A stretch of DNA of 64,000 bases. Source: Alphaproteobacteria bacterium (lineage in GTDB: Bacteria > Pseudomonadota > Alphaproteobacteria > Micavibrionales > UBA2020). Numbering within the stretch: position 1 is the stretch's first letter; each line of letters opens with the position of its first letter. The stretch spans positions 26,306 through 90,305 of the forward strand of contig JBKBWZ010000003.1 in NCBI GenBank assembly GCA_046314385.1, in the 5' to 3' direction. The notes under the pieces were generated by a model. That model was not told the origin of the DNA. It made no database searches and saw only the letters and a program-made list of their open reading frames with translations. A program made the position numbers and the translations under genes. Positions 8,972 to 18,263 of the stretch are shown piece after piece.

Positions 8972-9362
8972 AAATGTTAGAAGCCCACCCCTGATCTCTC
9001 ATCCAAGCCTGCAGGTCATCTCAGCGCCGAGCAGTGCACCTCGGCCCCAGCTTTACGGGAGCAGGGAACGTTTTGGCTCATGCCCAGTGCCACTAGGTTG
9101 CGTTACTTATAGGAATAATTGCGGGAATTAAAGTCCGCCTGCCGGATATAGACGGGCGGACGAGTATCGTTTTGAATCTTTTGTGCAGCCTTCACATTCG
9201 TTCTCCATGGGGTGAGATGCGTTAGCGCTACTTAGACACCCTTCCCTTGCGGCAGCGCAATGCGATCTGGATATGTTGTCAATATTAGGGGGGAAACGAA
9301 TCGGCACCGAGAAAGGACAGGAAGGGATAAACAATTTTTTTGTAAGAGCATTACCCATTCTC

Positions 9363-9383
9363 GCTGTAGCCATGCTGTAGCCA
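9363..9383. repeat. Direct repeat GCTGTAGCCA x2 (11-bp period), possible integrase arm-type sites
   Basis: Copies at 9363-9372 and 9374-9383, about 50 bp inside the att site. Confidence 0.5.
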
Positions 9384-9430
9384 CAGAGTATTCTACTTTT
9401 CTTAGTTCTCGTCTAAAGCATTGATTTAAA

Positions 9431-9507
9431 TGGCGCGCCCGAAGAGATTCGAACTCCTAACCTTCTGATCCGTAGTCAGATGCTCTATCCAGTTGAGCTA
9501 CGGGCGC
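9431..9507 (-). tRNA. tRNA-Arg (anticodon ACG), CCA encoded
   Basis: Reverse complement GCGCCCGTAGCTCAACTGGATAGAGCATCTGACTACGGATCAGAAGGTTAGGAGTTCGAATCTCTTCGGGCGCGCCA, canonical cloverleaf. Confidence 0.98.
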
Positions 9508-9877
9508 GTACCGTGCGGAAACCGCAGGAACGGGCGAAGGGCTTGGGGCCACTCGCACCGATTTGAGGTTTCTATAAGATTCTCCGCCCAAGAGCAAGCC
9601 CCTTTTGCGGCTTTCTCTGCCGGAGGTGCCCGCGCGGCGGCAAAACCCGACCGGGCGGCGGGCGGCGTTGCCGCCGGGCGGGCAAGCGCTTTGATTTCGT
9701 TATGGCAATATAAACGACCGATTTACGGGCAGGACCGCCACAGGACAAATAAAAAAGACCGCATATGTGCCGATGCTGCTGATTCAATATTGAATATACT
9801 CAAGAATCTGGTTTAAAAAGGACAGTAATCCCGCGCCCTTCCGGCCTTTCCGGATACGCATCATTTTTATCTACGAG

Positions 9878-11035
9878 GTGATTGTCTTGCCGACTGTGAC
9901 ATTCCGCACCCTTTTCCCCGCCTGCGCGCTTGCCCTTTTGCTCGGCGCCTGCCACGCAGACGGCAGCAGCACCCAGACATCATCTGGCAACCGCATGCCC
10001 GGCCTTGTCGTCAGCAGCGAGCCGCCGCCCGATGTCATTTATCGCCGCGGATCGCGCGACACCGTTCTGGCCGGCAATACGGCAGGCAGCGTGCGCGGAT
10101 ATAATTCGCAAAACGTCGAAACGCTTGTCACCCGCAAAGTGGCCGAGCTGCGCCGCGATCTTGAATCTCTCAAGCGCAGCACCGGCAGCTATGGCGAGCG
10201 CCTGAGAAACCTTCAGGTCAAGAGCGACAACGCTGCATCGCAATACTACGAGCAAATCGCCACCATCAATACCGAACTGCAGGCGGGCTCCACCCCCGGC
10301 AACCCGGTATTGGTTGAACGCTGGAACATCGCGCAGGACCGGCTTGAAGGCCTGTCGCAAAACGCTTCGCATCTGAACGGTCTTGCGACCGATCTGGCGA
10401 ACGAGGCATCCAAAGCCTCCTTCCTGCAAGAAAACGTCCGCGCGGCCTATGGCCTGTCGGGCGCGGTCAAGGAAGACCACAACAAACTCCGCGTGCTGGA
10501 AGACGAGGTCAACCAGACCATCGTGGTTCTCAACCGCCTGCTGACATCGACCAGCGACGAGATCAACCGCCGCCAGTCTTACCTGCGCACGGAAAAGCTG
10601 AACCTGCAAACCCTGTCGCTGGCCGTTGCCAATGGCGAGCTGTACGGTCAGAACCTGTCGAACAGCCTGTTTAAACGCGCCACGCAGGAAGCGACCAGCT
10701 TCGCCGCCCCTGCCCCCGCGCAGAACACGGCCAACCGCCGCCCGCTGGTCATCATCCGCTTTGACCGCAGCAACGTGAACTATGAACAGGCGCTGTACTC
10801 CGCCGTGGGTCAGGCACTGGAAAAATATCCGGCTGCCAAATTCGACCTCGTTGCTGTCAGCCCGTCGCAGGGCAACCCCGCCGAAATGGCGCTGGCTTCG
10901 ACCGAAGCGCGCAAGAACGGCGAATCTGTCCTGCGCTCGCTGACACATATGGGTCTGCCGCTGGAGCGTGTGCGTCTGAACGCCGCCAACAGCAGTGCCG
11001 TGCGCAACAGCGAAGTGCATCTGTATCTGCAATAA
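9878..11035 (+). CDS. Hypothetical lipoprotein with a long coiled coil and a C-terminal alpha/beta (OmpA-like?) domain
   Basis: Lipobox LLLGAC; heptad-rich middle; strong genomic codon bias; start codon uncertain. Confidence 0.75.
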   Translation: MIVLPTVTFRTLFPACALALLLGACHADGSSTQTSSGNRMPGLVVSSEPPPDVIYRRGSRDTVLAGNTAGSVRGYNSQNVETLVTRKVAELRRDLESLKRSTGSYGERLRNLQVKSDNAASQYYEQIATINTELQAGSTPGNPVLVERWNIAQDRLEGLSQNASHLNGLATDLANEASKASFLQENVRAAYGLSGAVKEDHNKLRVLEDEVNQTIVVLNRLLTSTSDEINRRQSYLRTEKLNLQTLSLAVANGELYGQNLSNSLFKRATQEATSFAAPAPAQNTANRRPLVIIRFDRSNVNYEQALYSAVGQALEKYPAAKFDLVAVSPSQGNPAEMALASTEARKNGESVLRSLTHMGLPLERVRLNAANSSAVRNSEVHLYLQ

Positions 11036-11081
11036 GCGCATACGGCGCGCTGTTACAAACGGAAACAATTATTTCCTACAC

Positions 11082-11126
11082 AAAAACAGGCGCCTGACGA
11101 TATGATGGTCAGGCGCTTGTTTTTTT
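11082..11126 (+). terminator. Intrinsic terminator
   Basis: AAAAACAGGCGCCTGAC...GTCAGGCGCTTGTTTTTTT. Confidence 0.75.
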
Positions 11127-11144
11127 GCCCAGACAGGAAGGTTC

Positions 11145-12362
11145 ATGGAACATTATCTCGACCAGCTGACAGCCATCGCCATGGTAACCACCGTGGCCTT
11201 GCTTTGCGGGCTGGCCCTGATACGTATCCGTCAGCCTGCGATTGTCGGCTATATTCTTGCGGGTCTTGTGCTCGGCCCGACCGGCCTTGGCTTTATTTCC
11301 AACACCGAAACCGTCAAGCTGCTCGCCGAACTGGGCGTGATCATGCTTTTGTTCCTGATCGGTATGGAACTGAACATGCGCAGTTTCCGTGCCGTTTATA
11401 AAACGGCGCTGGCCACGGTCGGGCTACAGATTGCGGCGGCTTTTGCGGTTTTTGCGCTGCTCGGCTTTTTTGTAGACTGGACGATCCAGAAAATCATTTT
11501 GTTTAGCTTTGCAACGGCGCTGTCTTCCACCGCGGTGGCGATCAAAATCCTCGAAGAAACGGACGATCTGAAAACCCCGGTCGGACGCACCACGATTTCC
11601 GTGCTCATCGCGCAGGATCTGGCCGTTATCCCGATGATGCTGATCATCGGCGCCTTTGCGGCCACAGGCGACGTCGAGAGCGCGGGCCGCGCGATCCTCA
11701 TCAAACTGGGCATGGCGGTTGGCCTGATGCTGGTCGTTATGTGGTTTTTGTCGCGCCGGGAGCAAATCGAACTGCCGGGATCGAAATGGATTATTTCCCG
11801 TCCCGAAATTGTGCCGCTGGCGGCCATGGCTTTTTGTTTCAGCTGGGCGACGCTATCGGGCGCAGCGGGGCTTTCCGCTGCCTATGGCGCCTTTATCGCC
11901 GGTATGATTATCGGCAATTCCAGCATCCGTGAAGTCATGCATAAAGCGGCCGAACCGATACAGGCGATCTTGCTGATGGTGTTCTTCCTGTCCGTCGGTC
12001 TTTTGATTGATCTTGATTTTATCAAGGAAAACTGGGGCCATGTGCTGATCGTGCTGGTGATTGTGACGCTACTGAAAACCGCCTTCAACGTGCTGATTTT
12101 GCACCGTCTGGGCGAACCGTGGGAGCGTTCGTTCCACAGCGGCGTGGTCATTGGGCAGGTCGGTGAATTTTCGTTTATCATCGCCGCGCTCGGCTTTTCG
12201 GTGGGCGTGATTGCCGATGACGGTTATCGTTTGATGATTGCGGTGATCGCGCTCAGTTTGCTGATCAGCCCGATGTGGCTATTGATTGCGCGGCATCTGC
12301 ATGACCTGGCGCTGAAACGCCTGACCGGCCACCTGCCGCAAGCATCGCCCGAAGACTTGTAA
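11145..12362 (+). CDS. Cation:proton antiporter (CPA2, KefB/KefC-like), transmembrane domain only
   Basis: QPAIVGYILAG, LAELGVIMLLFLIGMEL, LSSTAV, LIAQDL and QVGEFSF motifs. Confidence 0.92.
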   Translation: MEHYLDQLTAIAMVTTVALLCGLALIRIRQPAIVGYILAGLVLGPTGLGFISNTETVKLLAELGVIMLLFLIGMELNMRSFRAVYKTALATVGLQIAAAFAVFALLGFFVDWTIQKIILFSFATALSSTAVAIKILEETDDLKTPVGRTTISVLIAQDLAVIPMMLIIGAFAATGDVESAGRAILIKLGMAVGLMLVVMWFLSRREQIELPGSKWIISRPEIVPLAAMAFCFSWATLSGAAGLSAAYGAFIAGMIIGNSSIREVMHKAAEPIQAILLMVFFLSVGLLIDLDFIKENWGHVLIVLVIVTLLKTAFNVLILHRLGEPWERSFHSGVVIGQVGEFSFIIAALGFSVGVIADDGYRLMIAVIALSLLISPMWLLIARHLHDLALKRLTGHLPQASPEDL

Positions 12363-12368
12363 TCTTTT

Positions 12369-13130
12369 TTATTTTTGCAAGAATTTGCCGAGCGCGTTAT
12401 CCAGCGCGGCGGGGGTAACTTCTTCGACCTGCCCCGCAGCCAGCTTCGACAGATGGAAGGGGCCGTAAGATTCGCGGATCAGCCGGTTGACCTCCAGCCC
12501 GAAGCGCGCCAGCACGCGGCGGATTTCGCGGTTCTTGCCCTCATGCAGCGTCATATGCAGCCAGACGTTGGATCCTTGCTGCCGTTCTACCTCCAGCTTG
12601 ATCGGGCCGTAATGCACGCCTTCGATCGTGATGCCCTTGGCCAACATGCGGATCATGCCGTCGCCCACACTGCCAAAGGCGCGCACGCGGTATTGCCGTG
12701 ACCAGCCGGTCGCCGGCAGCTCCAGATGCCGCGACAGCGCACCGTCGTTGGTCAGCAGCAAAAGCCCTTCGCTATTCAAATCCAGCCGCCCGACCGAAAT
12801 CACGCGCGGCATGTCTTTGGGCAGATGCTGGAAAATCGTATCGCGGTCCTGTTCATCGCGGTGGCTTGTTACCAGCCCCGCGGGTTTATGGTAACGCCAA
12901 AGACGTGTGGCAGGCGCCGCGCCGATGCTGCGCCCATCGACGATAATTTTATCCGCTTCCGTCACCAGCACGGCGGGGGTTTCAAGGATTTTGCCGTTCA
13001 GCACCACCCGCCCCTCGGCAATCCAGCGCTCGGCATCGCGGCGCGAACAAACGCCGGCGCGGGCCAGCCGTTTGGCGATGCGCTCGCCCTTGTTTTCGTC
13101 TGCTGCCGTGTTTTGATCTTGGTCTTCCAT
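12369..13130 (-). CDS. rluB: rRNA pseudouridine synthase (S4 domain plus RsuA/RluB family)
   Basis: RIAKRLARAGVCSRRDAE; VGRLDLNSEGLLLLTNDG; EGKNREIRR. Confidence 0.9.
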   Translation of the reverse strand: MEDQDQNTAADENKGERIAKRLARAGVCSRRDAERWIAEGRVVLNGKILETPAVLVTEADKIIVDGRSIGAAPATRLWRYHKPAGLVTSHRDEQDRDTIFQHLPKDMPRVISVGRLDLNSEGLLLLTNDGALSRHLELPATGWSRQYRVRAFGSVGDGMIRMLAKGITIEGVHYGPIKLEVERQQGSNVWLHMTLHEGKNREIRRVLARFGLEVNRLIRESYGPFHLSKLAAGQVEEVTPAALDNALGKFLQK

Positions 13131-13147
13131 TCTGCTAGTTTAATCAA

Positions 13148-13603
13148 ATGCAGGGCGAAAACAAATATATGATGCGCGCGATCGAACTGGCGCAGCTGGC
13201 CGCCGCCGCGGGGGAAATTCCTGTCGGCGCGGTGCTGGTCGATGCGACAAGCGGCAAGATCGTCGCCGAGGCCCATAACCTGACCGAACGCGACCATGAC
13301 GCCACCGCCCATGCCGAGGTTCTGGCCCTGCGCACGGGCGGTGCGGCACGGGGCGCGGCGCGCCTGCCGGACTGCGATCTTTATGTGACGCTGGAGCCCT
13401 GCGCGATGTGCGCCGCCGCGATTTCTTTTGCGCGTATTCGCCGTCTGTATTTCGGCGCCTATGACGCCAAAAGCGGCGGCGTTGAAAATGCCGCGGCATT
13501 CTATGCCCAGCCGACCTGCCACCACCGCCCCGACGTATACGGCGGCATGCACGAGCAAGCCTGCGCACAACTCATGAAAGATTTTTTCAAGGATAAACGC
13601 TGA
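13148..13603 (+). CDS. tadA: tRNA-specific adenosine deaminase
   Basis: EIPVGAV, HAE and TLEPCAMCA motifs. Confidence 0.9.
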   Translation: MQGENKYMMRAIELAQLAAAAGEIPVGAVLVDATSGKIVAEAHNLTERDHDATAHAEVLALRTGGAARGAARLPDCDLYVTLEPCAMCAAAISFARIRRLYFGAYDAKSGGVENAAAFYAQPTCHHRPDVYGGMHEQACAQLMKDFFKDKR

Positions 13604-15006
13604 TGGCCGCCAATGATCTTTTTAACGACGACGATCCCTTCGGCCTGCCGCCCGCGCCCGAAGACACCCCCGCCGGCGCCAACGCGCCGCCCGAATACAG
13701 CGTCAGCGAGCTGAGCCATAAACTGAAACGGATGGTGGAGGATGAATTTTCTTTCGTGCGCGTGCGCGGCGAAATCTCCAAGGTCACCATCGCCAAATCA
13801 GGGCATCTTTATACCGCGCTGAAAGACGATGGGTCGGTTTTGGATGCCGTATGCTGGAAAGGCACGGTTGCCCGCCTGGGTCTGCGCCCCGAAGAAGGCA
13901 TGGAGGTCGTTGTCACCGGCCGCCTGACGACATATCCGGGCAGATCGAATTATCAGATTATTATCGAGACGATGGAGCTGGCCGGGCAAGGCGCATTGCT
14001 GAGAATGCTGGAAGAGCGCAAAAAGAAACTTGCCGCCGAAGGGCTTTTTGATCCAGCGCGCAAACAGCTGATCCCTTTTCTGCCGGACGTCATCGGCGTG
14101 GTGACATCACCCACCGGCGCCGTTATCCGCGATATCATGCACCGTTTGAACGAGCGTTTTCCGCGCCGCGTGTTGATCTGGCCCGTCATGGTGCAGGGCG
14201 CGGGCGCGGCGCAGCAGGTTGCCGCCGCCATTCAGGGATTCAACGCCATCCCCATGGACAGCCCGCTCAGACCCGATGTGCTGATCGTCGCGCGCGGCGG
14301 CGGATCGTTTGAAGACCTGATGCCTTTCAATGACGAAGCCGTCGTGCGCGCCGCCGCCGCCAGCGATATTCCGCTGATTTCCGCCGTCGGCCATGAAACG
14401 GATACCACGCTGATCGACTTCGCCGCCGATCTGCGCGCGCCCACACCCACGGCCGCCGCCGAAAAAGCCGTGCCCGTGCGCGCCGAGCTGCTGGCTGCCG
14501 TACTAGACGATGAAAAACGTTTGTATATGACGATGGAGCGGCGGCTGCAGCATTACCGCACCCAGCTGACCGGCCTTGGCCGCGGGCTGGGCGACCCGAA
14601 ACGGCTGATGGAAAATACCATGCAGCGGCTTGACCATCTGGGCGCGAAACTCGACAGCGGACTTTCGGCATGGCTGCAAAAACGCCGCGCGGTGCTGGCC
14701 GAACTTTCGGCGCGCGTATCGGACAGGCCGCTGCGCCAACGTCTGGTCGACAGCGCCCGCCTGCTGGCCGGGCAGGAAGAGCGGCTGAAAAACAGCGAAA
14801 ATAAAATTATCGGCGAGCGTGCACGCAAACTGCAAAATCTTGAGTCCCTTTTGCAGAGCCTGTCATTTGAACGCGTGCTGGAGCGCGGTTATAGCGTTGT
14901 TTTCGATACAGATGGCCATATCGTTTCCAGCGCGGAGGGCATCAAGACGGGTGACGATCTGCGCCTGCGCCTGCGCGATGGCACGCGCGATGTTCGCGCA
15001 AAGTAA
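13603..15006 (+). CDS. xseA: Exodeoxyribonuclease VII large subunit
   Basis: VRGEIS..SGHLY, VARGGGSFEDL, SAVGHETD and RAPTPTAAAE motifs. Confidence 0.97.
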   Translation: MAANDLFNDDDPFGLPPAPEDTPAGANAPPEYSVSELSHKLKRMVEDEFSFVRVRGEISKVTIAKSGHLYTALKDDGSVLDAVCWKGTVARLGLRPEEGMEVVVTGRLTTYPGRSNYQIIIETMELAGQGALLRMLEERKKKLAAEGLFDPARKQLIPFLPDVIGVVTSPTGAVIRDIMHRLNERFPRRVLIWPVMVQGAGAAQQVAAAIQGFNAIPMDSPLRPDVLIVARGGGSFEDLMPFNDEAVVRAAAASDIPLISAVGHETDTTLIDFAADLRAPTPTAAAEKAVPVRAELLAAVLDDEKRLYMTMERRLQHYRTQLTGLGRGLGDPKRLMENTMQRLDHLGAKLDSGLSAWLQKRRAVLAELSARVSDRPLRQRLVDSARLLAGQEERLKNSENKIIGERARKLQNLESLLQSLSFERVLERGYSVVFDTDGHIVSSAEGIKTGDDLRLRLRDGTRDVRAK

Positions 15007-15031
15007 AATCTGCGATGTTCGCGCAAAATAG
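14987..15031. repeat. 25-bp-period duplication of the xseA 3' end, including the stop codon
   Basis: GCGATGTTCGCGCAAAGTAAAATCT (14987-15011) followed by GCGATGTTCGCGCAAAATAG (from 15012). Confidence 0.85.
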
Positions 15032-15042
15032 AGCCGTATATT

Positions 15043-15717
15043 TTATTCGGGTTTGGGGGTTTCCGCCGGTGCTGTAGCGGGCTCTGCAGGTTCAGCCGCG
15101 GGTTCGGCGGCGGCAAAGACCGGCGGTTTGAAAAAAAACTTCTCGTAGAGCGCCTGCATGCCGACCAGCCCGCCCAAAACCAGACAGAAAATCCAGAACA
15201 GCGACATCATGGCCCAGTCCTGCGCCAGTGCTAGCGGGAAAAGCCCCGATGCCACCAGCGCGGTCATGTAAATAAGGCCGGTAAAGAAAACACTGTCACG
15301 GTCACGCGTTGCAAAAAACGCCCAGGGCGTGACCGATGCCGCAATCGACCAGATCACCGCCGGCAAGGTAATGGTCTCATCCATCATGATATAACCCTGC
15401 GCAACCGAAAACATGCCGGTTGTATAGCCCGCCATCAACATCACCAACCATGTAAAGCTGAGCGTCTGGAAAATGCGCGATGCGCGCGGATAATTCATTC
15501 TTTCCGTCGCCATCATCATGCCCGCGCAAAACCCGGCAGGCAACATCATTAGAGGAAAAATAAGTGCGGAAAAGATGAAGGCCAAAGATGCTATCCACAG
15601 CACATACCAATGCCCCGCCGTGATCAGCCAGACGCCGCTGCATACCATGCAAACAGCCCCAACCCCCAGAAAGGGGTTGAGGCTTTTTTTGACCAAATTG
15701 TGAACCGGGCCGGCCAT
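15043..15717 (-). CDS. Hypothetical polytopic membrane protein
   Basis: About 6 hydrophobic segments; Ala/Glu/Pro tail; immediately downstream of ssb. Confidence 0.75.
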   Translation of the reverse strand: MAGPVHNLVKKSLNPFLGVGAVCMVCSGVWLITAGHWYVLWIASLAFIFSALIFPLMMLPAGFCAGMMMATERMNYPRASRIFQTLSFTWLVMLMAGYTTGMFSVAQGYIMMDETITLPAVIWSIAASVTPWAFFATRDRDSVFFTGLIYMTALVASGLFPLALAQDWAMMSLFWIFCLVLGGLVGMQALYEKFFFKPPVFAAAEPAAEPAEPATAPAETPKPE

Positions 15718-15747
15718 ATCGGATGCTCCCCGTCTGACGCCCGCTGC

Positions 15748-16221
15748 TTAAAACGGAATTTCGTCATCCATATCGTTCTTGCCGGAGGCTGCAAACGAAC
15801 CGCCGCCGCCCGAAGATTGCGCGGGTGCGCTGTAATCGCCGCCGCCCATAGAATCATTGCTGCCGCCGCCGCTTTTACCGTCAAGCATCGTCAGCTCGCC
15901 GCGGTAGGGGCGCAGAACGACTTCGGTCGTATAGACTTCGCGGCCGTCTTTTTCGTACTTGCGGGTTTCCAGCTGGCCTTCGATGTAAACCTTGGAGCCT
16001 TTTTTCAGGAAGCGTTCAACCACGCCGACCAGCGCATCGTTGGTGACGGAAATGCGGTGCCATTCGGTGCGCTCTTTGCGCTCGCCGGTCGACTTGTCTT
16101 TCCAGCTTTCCGAGGTGGCGATGGAGAAATTGGCCACGCGCCCGCCGTTGGGGAACGAGCGGATTTCAGGGTCTTTGCCCAAGTTACCGACCAGAATGAC
16201 CTTGTTGACGCTACCTGCCAC
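15748..16221 (-). CDS. ssb: Single-stranded DNA-binding protein
   Basis: SVNKVILVGNLGKDPE; acidic tail DDEIPF; GTG start. Confidence 0.98.
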   Translation of the reverse strand: MAGSVNKVILVGNLGKDPEIRSFPNGGRVANFSIATSESWKDKSTGERKERTEWHRISVTNDALVGVVERFLKKGSKVYIEGQLETRKYEKDGREVYTTEVVLRPYRGELTMLDGKSGGGSNDSMGGGDYSAPAQSSGGGGSFAASGKNDMDDEIPF

Positions 16222-16439
16222 GACTGTACCTTTCCGAAAATTCCAAAACCTGCTTTTGACAATTATTCTAGGAAAAACCGGGGGGCTGGATTAAGATAAA
16301 TCCACACCGCGAGAATCTGCCAGCGCATGCAAAAGCCTTGATAGGCTTATGTTTATCATGTGCCTGCGGCTGAAACAAGCGGCAAGAAAAGCCCGTAGAA
16401 ACAGGCCCGTAAGAACCGACCGGAAGGAGAAACCATAAG

Positions 16440-17036
16440 ATGCGCGCATGGCAAAGAATGCTCAGCGGACGCCGCCTTGACCTCATCAATCCTTCCGCCA
16501 TGGATATCGAAATCGAAGACATCGCGCATGGACTTTCCAGAGTCGCCCGCTGGAACGGTCAGACCACCGGCGACCATGCTTTTTCCGTGGCGCAGCATTC
16601 CGTCATCGTCGAAAAAATCTGCGCGACGCTGGAGCCGGATGCCGACCGCGTCTGGCTGATGGCCGCGCTTTTGCACGATGCGTCGGAATACGTTGTGGGC
16701 GATATGATTTCGCCGTTTAAAAACGCGCTCGGCATCAATTACCGCGATTTTGAAGACAAGCTGACGCAAGCCATCCATATCCGCTTTGGCTTGCCCGCGG
16801 TAATTTCGCCGCAGCTGAAAAAATTCATCAAACGCGCCGACAAAGTTTCCGCCTATCTGGAAGCCACGCAGATCGCCGGCTTCAGCGACCTTGAAAGCCG
16901 CAAATTCTTCGGCCCGCCGCCGCTCACGATCAAAGACTGGAAAATCGAACCCCTCTCCGCCAACGAAGCCAAAGCCGAGTACGTCCAGCGCTTCACCGAA
17001 CTGCTGGCCGAGGTGCAGGAGCAGAGTGCGGCTTGA
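16440..17036 (+). CDS. HD-domain hydrolase (YfbR/5'-deoxynucleotidase-like)
   Basis: RAWQRMLSGRRLDL, IEDIAHGL, SVAQHS and LLHDASEY motifs. Confidence 0.9.
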   Translation: MRAWQRMLSGRRLDLINPSAMDIEIEDIAHGLSRVARWNGQTTGDHAFSVAQHSVIVEKICATLEPDADRVWLMAALLHDASEYVVGDMISPFKNALGINYRDFEDKLTQAIHIRFGLPAVISPQLKKFIKRADKVSAYLEATQIAGFSDLESRKFFGPPPLTIKDWKIEPLSANEAKAEYVQRFTELLAEVQEQSAA

Positions 17037-17680
17037 TGTGGCAGGCTGTTGCTTTAGCACTCGGCCTTATCTTCTTCTTATGCAGCCCCGCAGAAGCTGT
17101 AGAGTACTACATGCCCCCTACTTACTATTCGGATGAGACTTGTCTGCTCTCGATATTTGAAGCATTCCAAAGGACCGCTCTTAAATATCACCTCCATCTT
17201 ATTTTAGTTTTTGCGCCCCTCTACTTGGGCATAGTGCTCTCTTTAGCCACCAAATACCTTAAAAAGCCACACATCAAAACTCCAGCTCTGAAAGCCGTAT
17301 TACAGCACCGTCTTTTCTTTCCAAGCGTCTACTTTACGCTATTGGGCTGGGGATTTTTTTACTTTTATATGAACGGCCTGTCCCCTCATAACTTTACCTT
17401 TCCTGCGCGAGTTGACGATATATACAAGTCTCTATCTCTTCGTATCTGCGCAGTTTATGCTGTCTTCTGCTTTTTTATATATCAGCTAGTAGCCGCTGTT
17501 TTTTCTTATAAAAGGAAACAGGAACTTCCGCTGCTTTTTAAAGCTGTGCCCTACGCCCATCTAAAAAAATCTCTCGTGGCGGCATCCTGCTTATTAGCGT
17601 TTTCCATGATTTCTATAACTTTTTTTCTTTCATATCACGTGTATAAGGCCGCATGCTTTCGTGTTGCCATGATACCTTAA
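17033..17680 (+). CDS. Hypothetical membrane protein in AT-rich DNA
   Basis: Signal-like N-terminus plus about 4 TM segments; composition differs from neighbours. Confidence 0.6.
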   Translation: MMWQAVALALGLIFFLCSPAEAVEYYMPPTYYSDETCLLSIFEAFQRTALKYHLHLILVFAPLYLGIVLSLATKYLKKPHIKTPALKAVLQHRLFFPSVYFTLLGWGFFYFYMNGLSPHNFTFPARVDDIYKSLSLRICAVYAVFCFFIYQLVAAVFSYKRKQELPLLFKAVPYAHLKKSLVAASCLLAFSMISITFFLSYHVYKAACFRVAMIP

Positions 17681-17686
17681 ATAAAA

Positions 17687-18082
17687 CTAAGCCGCCCTGC
17701 GCACCGCCCGCTTCACGGCGGCAAAGGGTTTGGCACTGTTTTCATTCGCGGCTTCGTCTTGCAGGCCTTCCTGATGATAGGCTTCCATATGCTTGCAGCC
17801 TTCGTATTTGCCGGTGAAAAACGCCGCGACCATTTTACGGGTGCGGCTTTCAGCGCCCAGCGTATCCACGTCGGCATCGCGCGCGGTGGCGAAGGTAATC
17901 ATATCGCCGCGCATATAGAGTACGTCATGCGGCACGGCATTTTTCTGCAGATAGGCCACGAAGGCTTCGGCGGCGTCTTTGGGAGCGGCTTCGGTAAAGG
18001 CGATGGTGGCGACCAGTGCTTCGCGCGCGTAATGCTTGCCCAGCGCAACGGCGCGGTTGAAATCGGTCTGTTCTTTTTTCAT
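17687..18082 (-). CDS. Hypothetical protein
   Basis: ATG 18082 with GAAAGGG RBS; GC-rich genomic codon bias. Confidence 0.7.
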   Translation of the reverse strand: MKKEQTDFNRAVALGKHYAREALVATIAFTEAAPKDAAEAFVAYLQKNAVPHDVLYMRGDMITFATARDADVDTLGAESRTRKMVAAFFTGKYEGCKHMEAYHQEGLQDEAANENSAKPFAAVKRAVRRAA

Positions 18083-18248
18083 GCTGTGCCCTTTCGGGGT
18101 CGGTACGCGCCTGCTCCGGCGCGCGCAAAAGATTTTCATGTTGTGAGGCCTTACCATACTATGTGAAACAGCCGCCCTTGTGGTACTTATGCCCCGTGTT
18201 GACGTTTTTACGGCGCGCTCCACTTTATGATAGCATTTCAGTATAAAT

Positions 18249-18263
18249 GTTCTATATTTGTTC
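18249..18263 (+). promoter_or_regulatory. Alphaproteobacterial LexA (SOS) box upstream of uvrA
   Basis: GTTC-TATATTT-GTTC, an exact GTTC-N7-GTTC match about 30 bp before ATG 18293. Confidence 0.9.

Larger units (their letters stand above)
8143..9447. mobile_element. Degenerate tRNA-Arg-integrated islet of about 1.3 kb, with no integrase
   Basis: Bounded by the tRNA 3'-end repeat; visibly AT-rich; foreign-looking cargo; short 11-bp-period repeats near the ends. Confidence 0.8.

Noticed and set aside
9128-9373. 81-aa minus-strand ORF in the islet as an integrase remnant
   Set aside because: No tyrosine or serine recombinase motifs; its start falls within the arm-like repeat.
9493-9816. ORFs or an ncRNA upstream of tRNA-Arg
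   Set aside because: They overlap the tRNA or its leader and promoter; only small hairpins and no recognisable RNA family.
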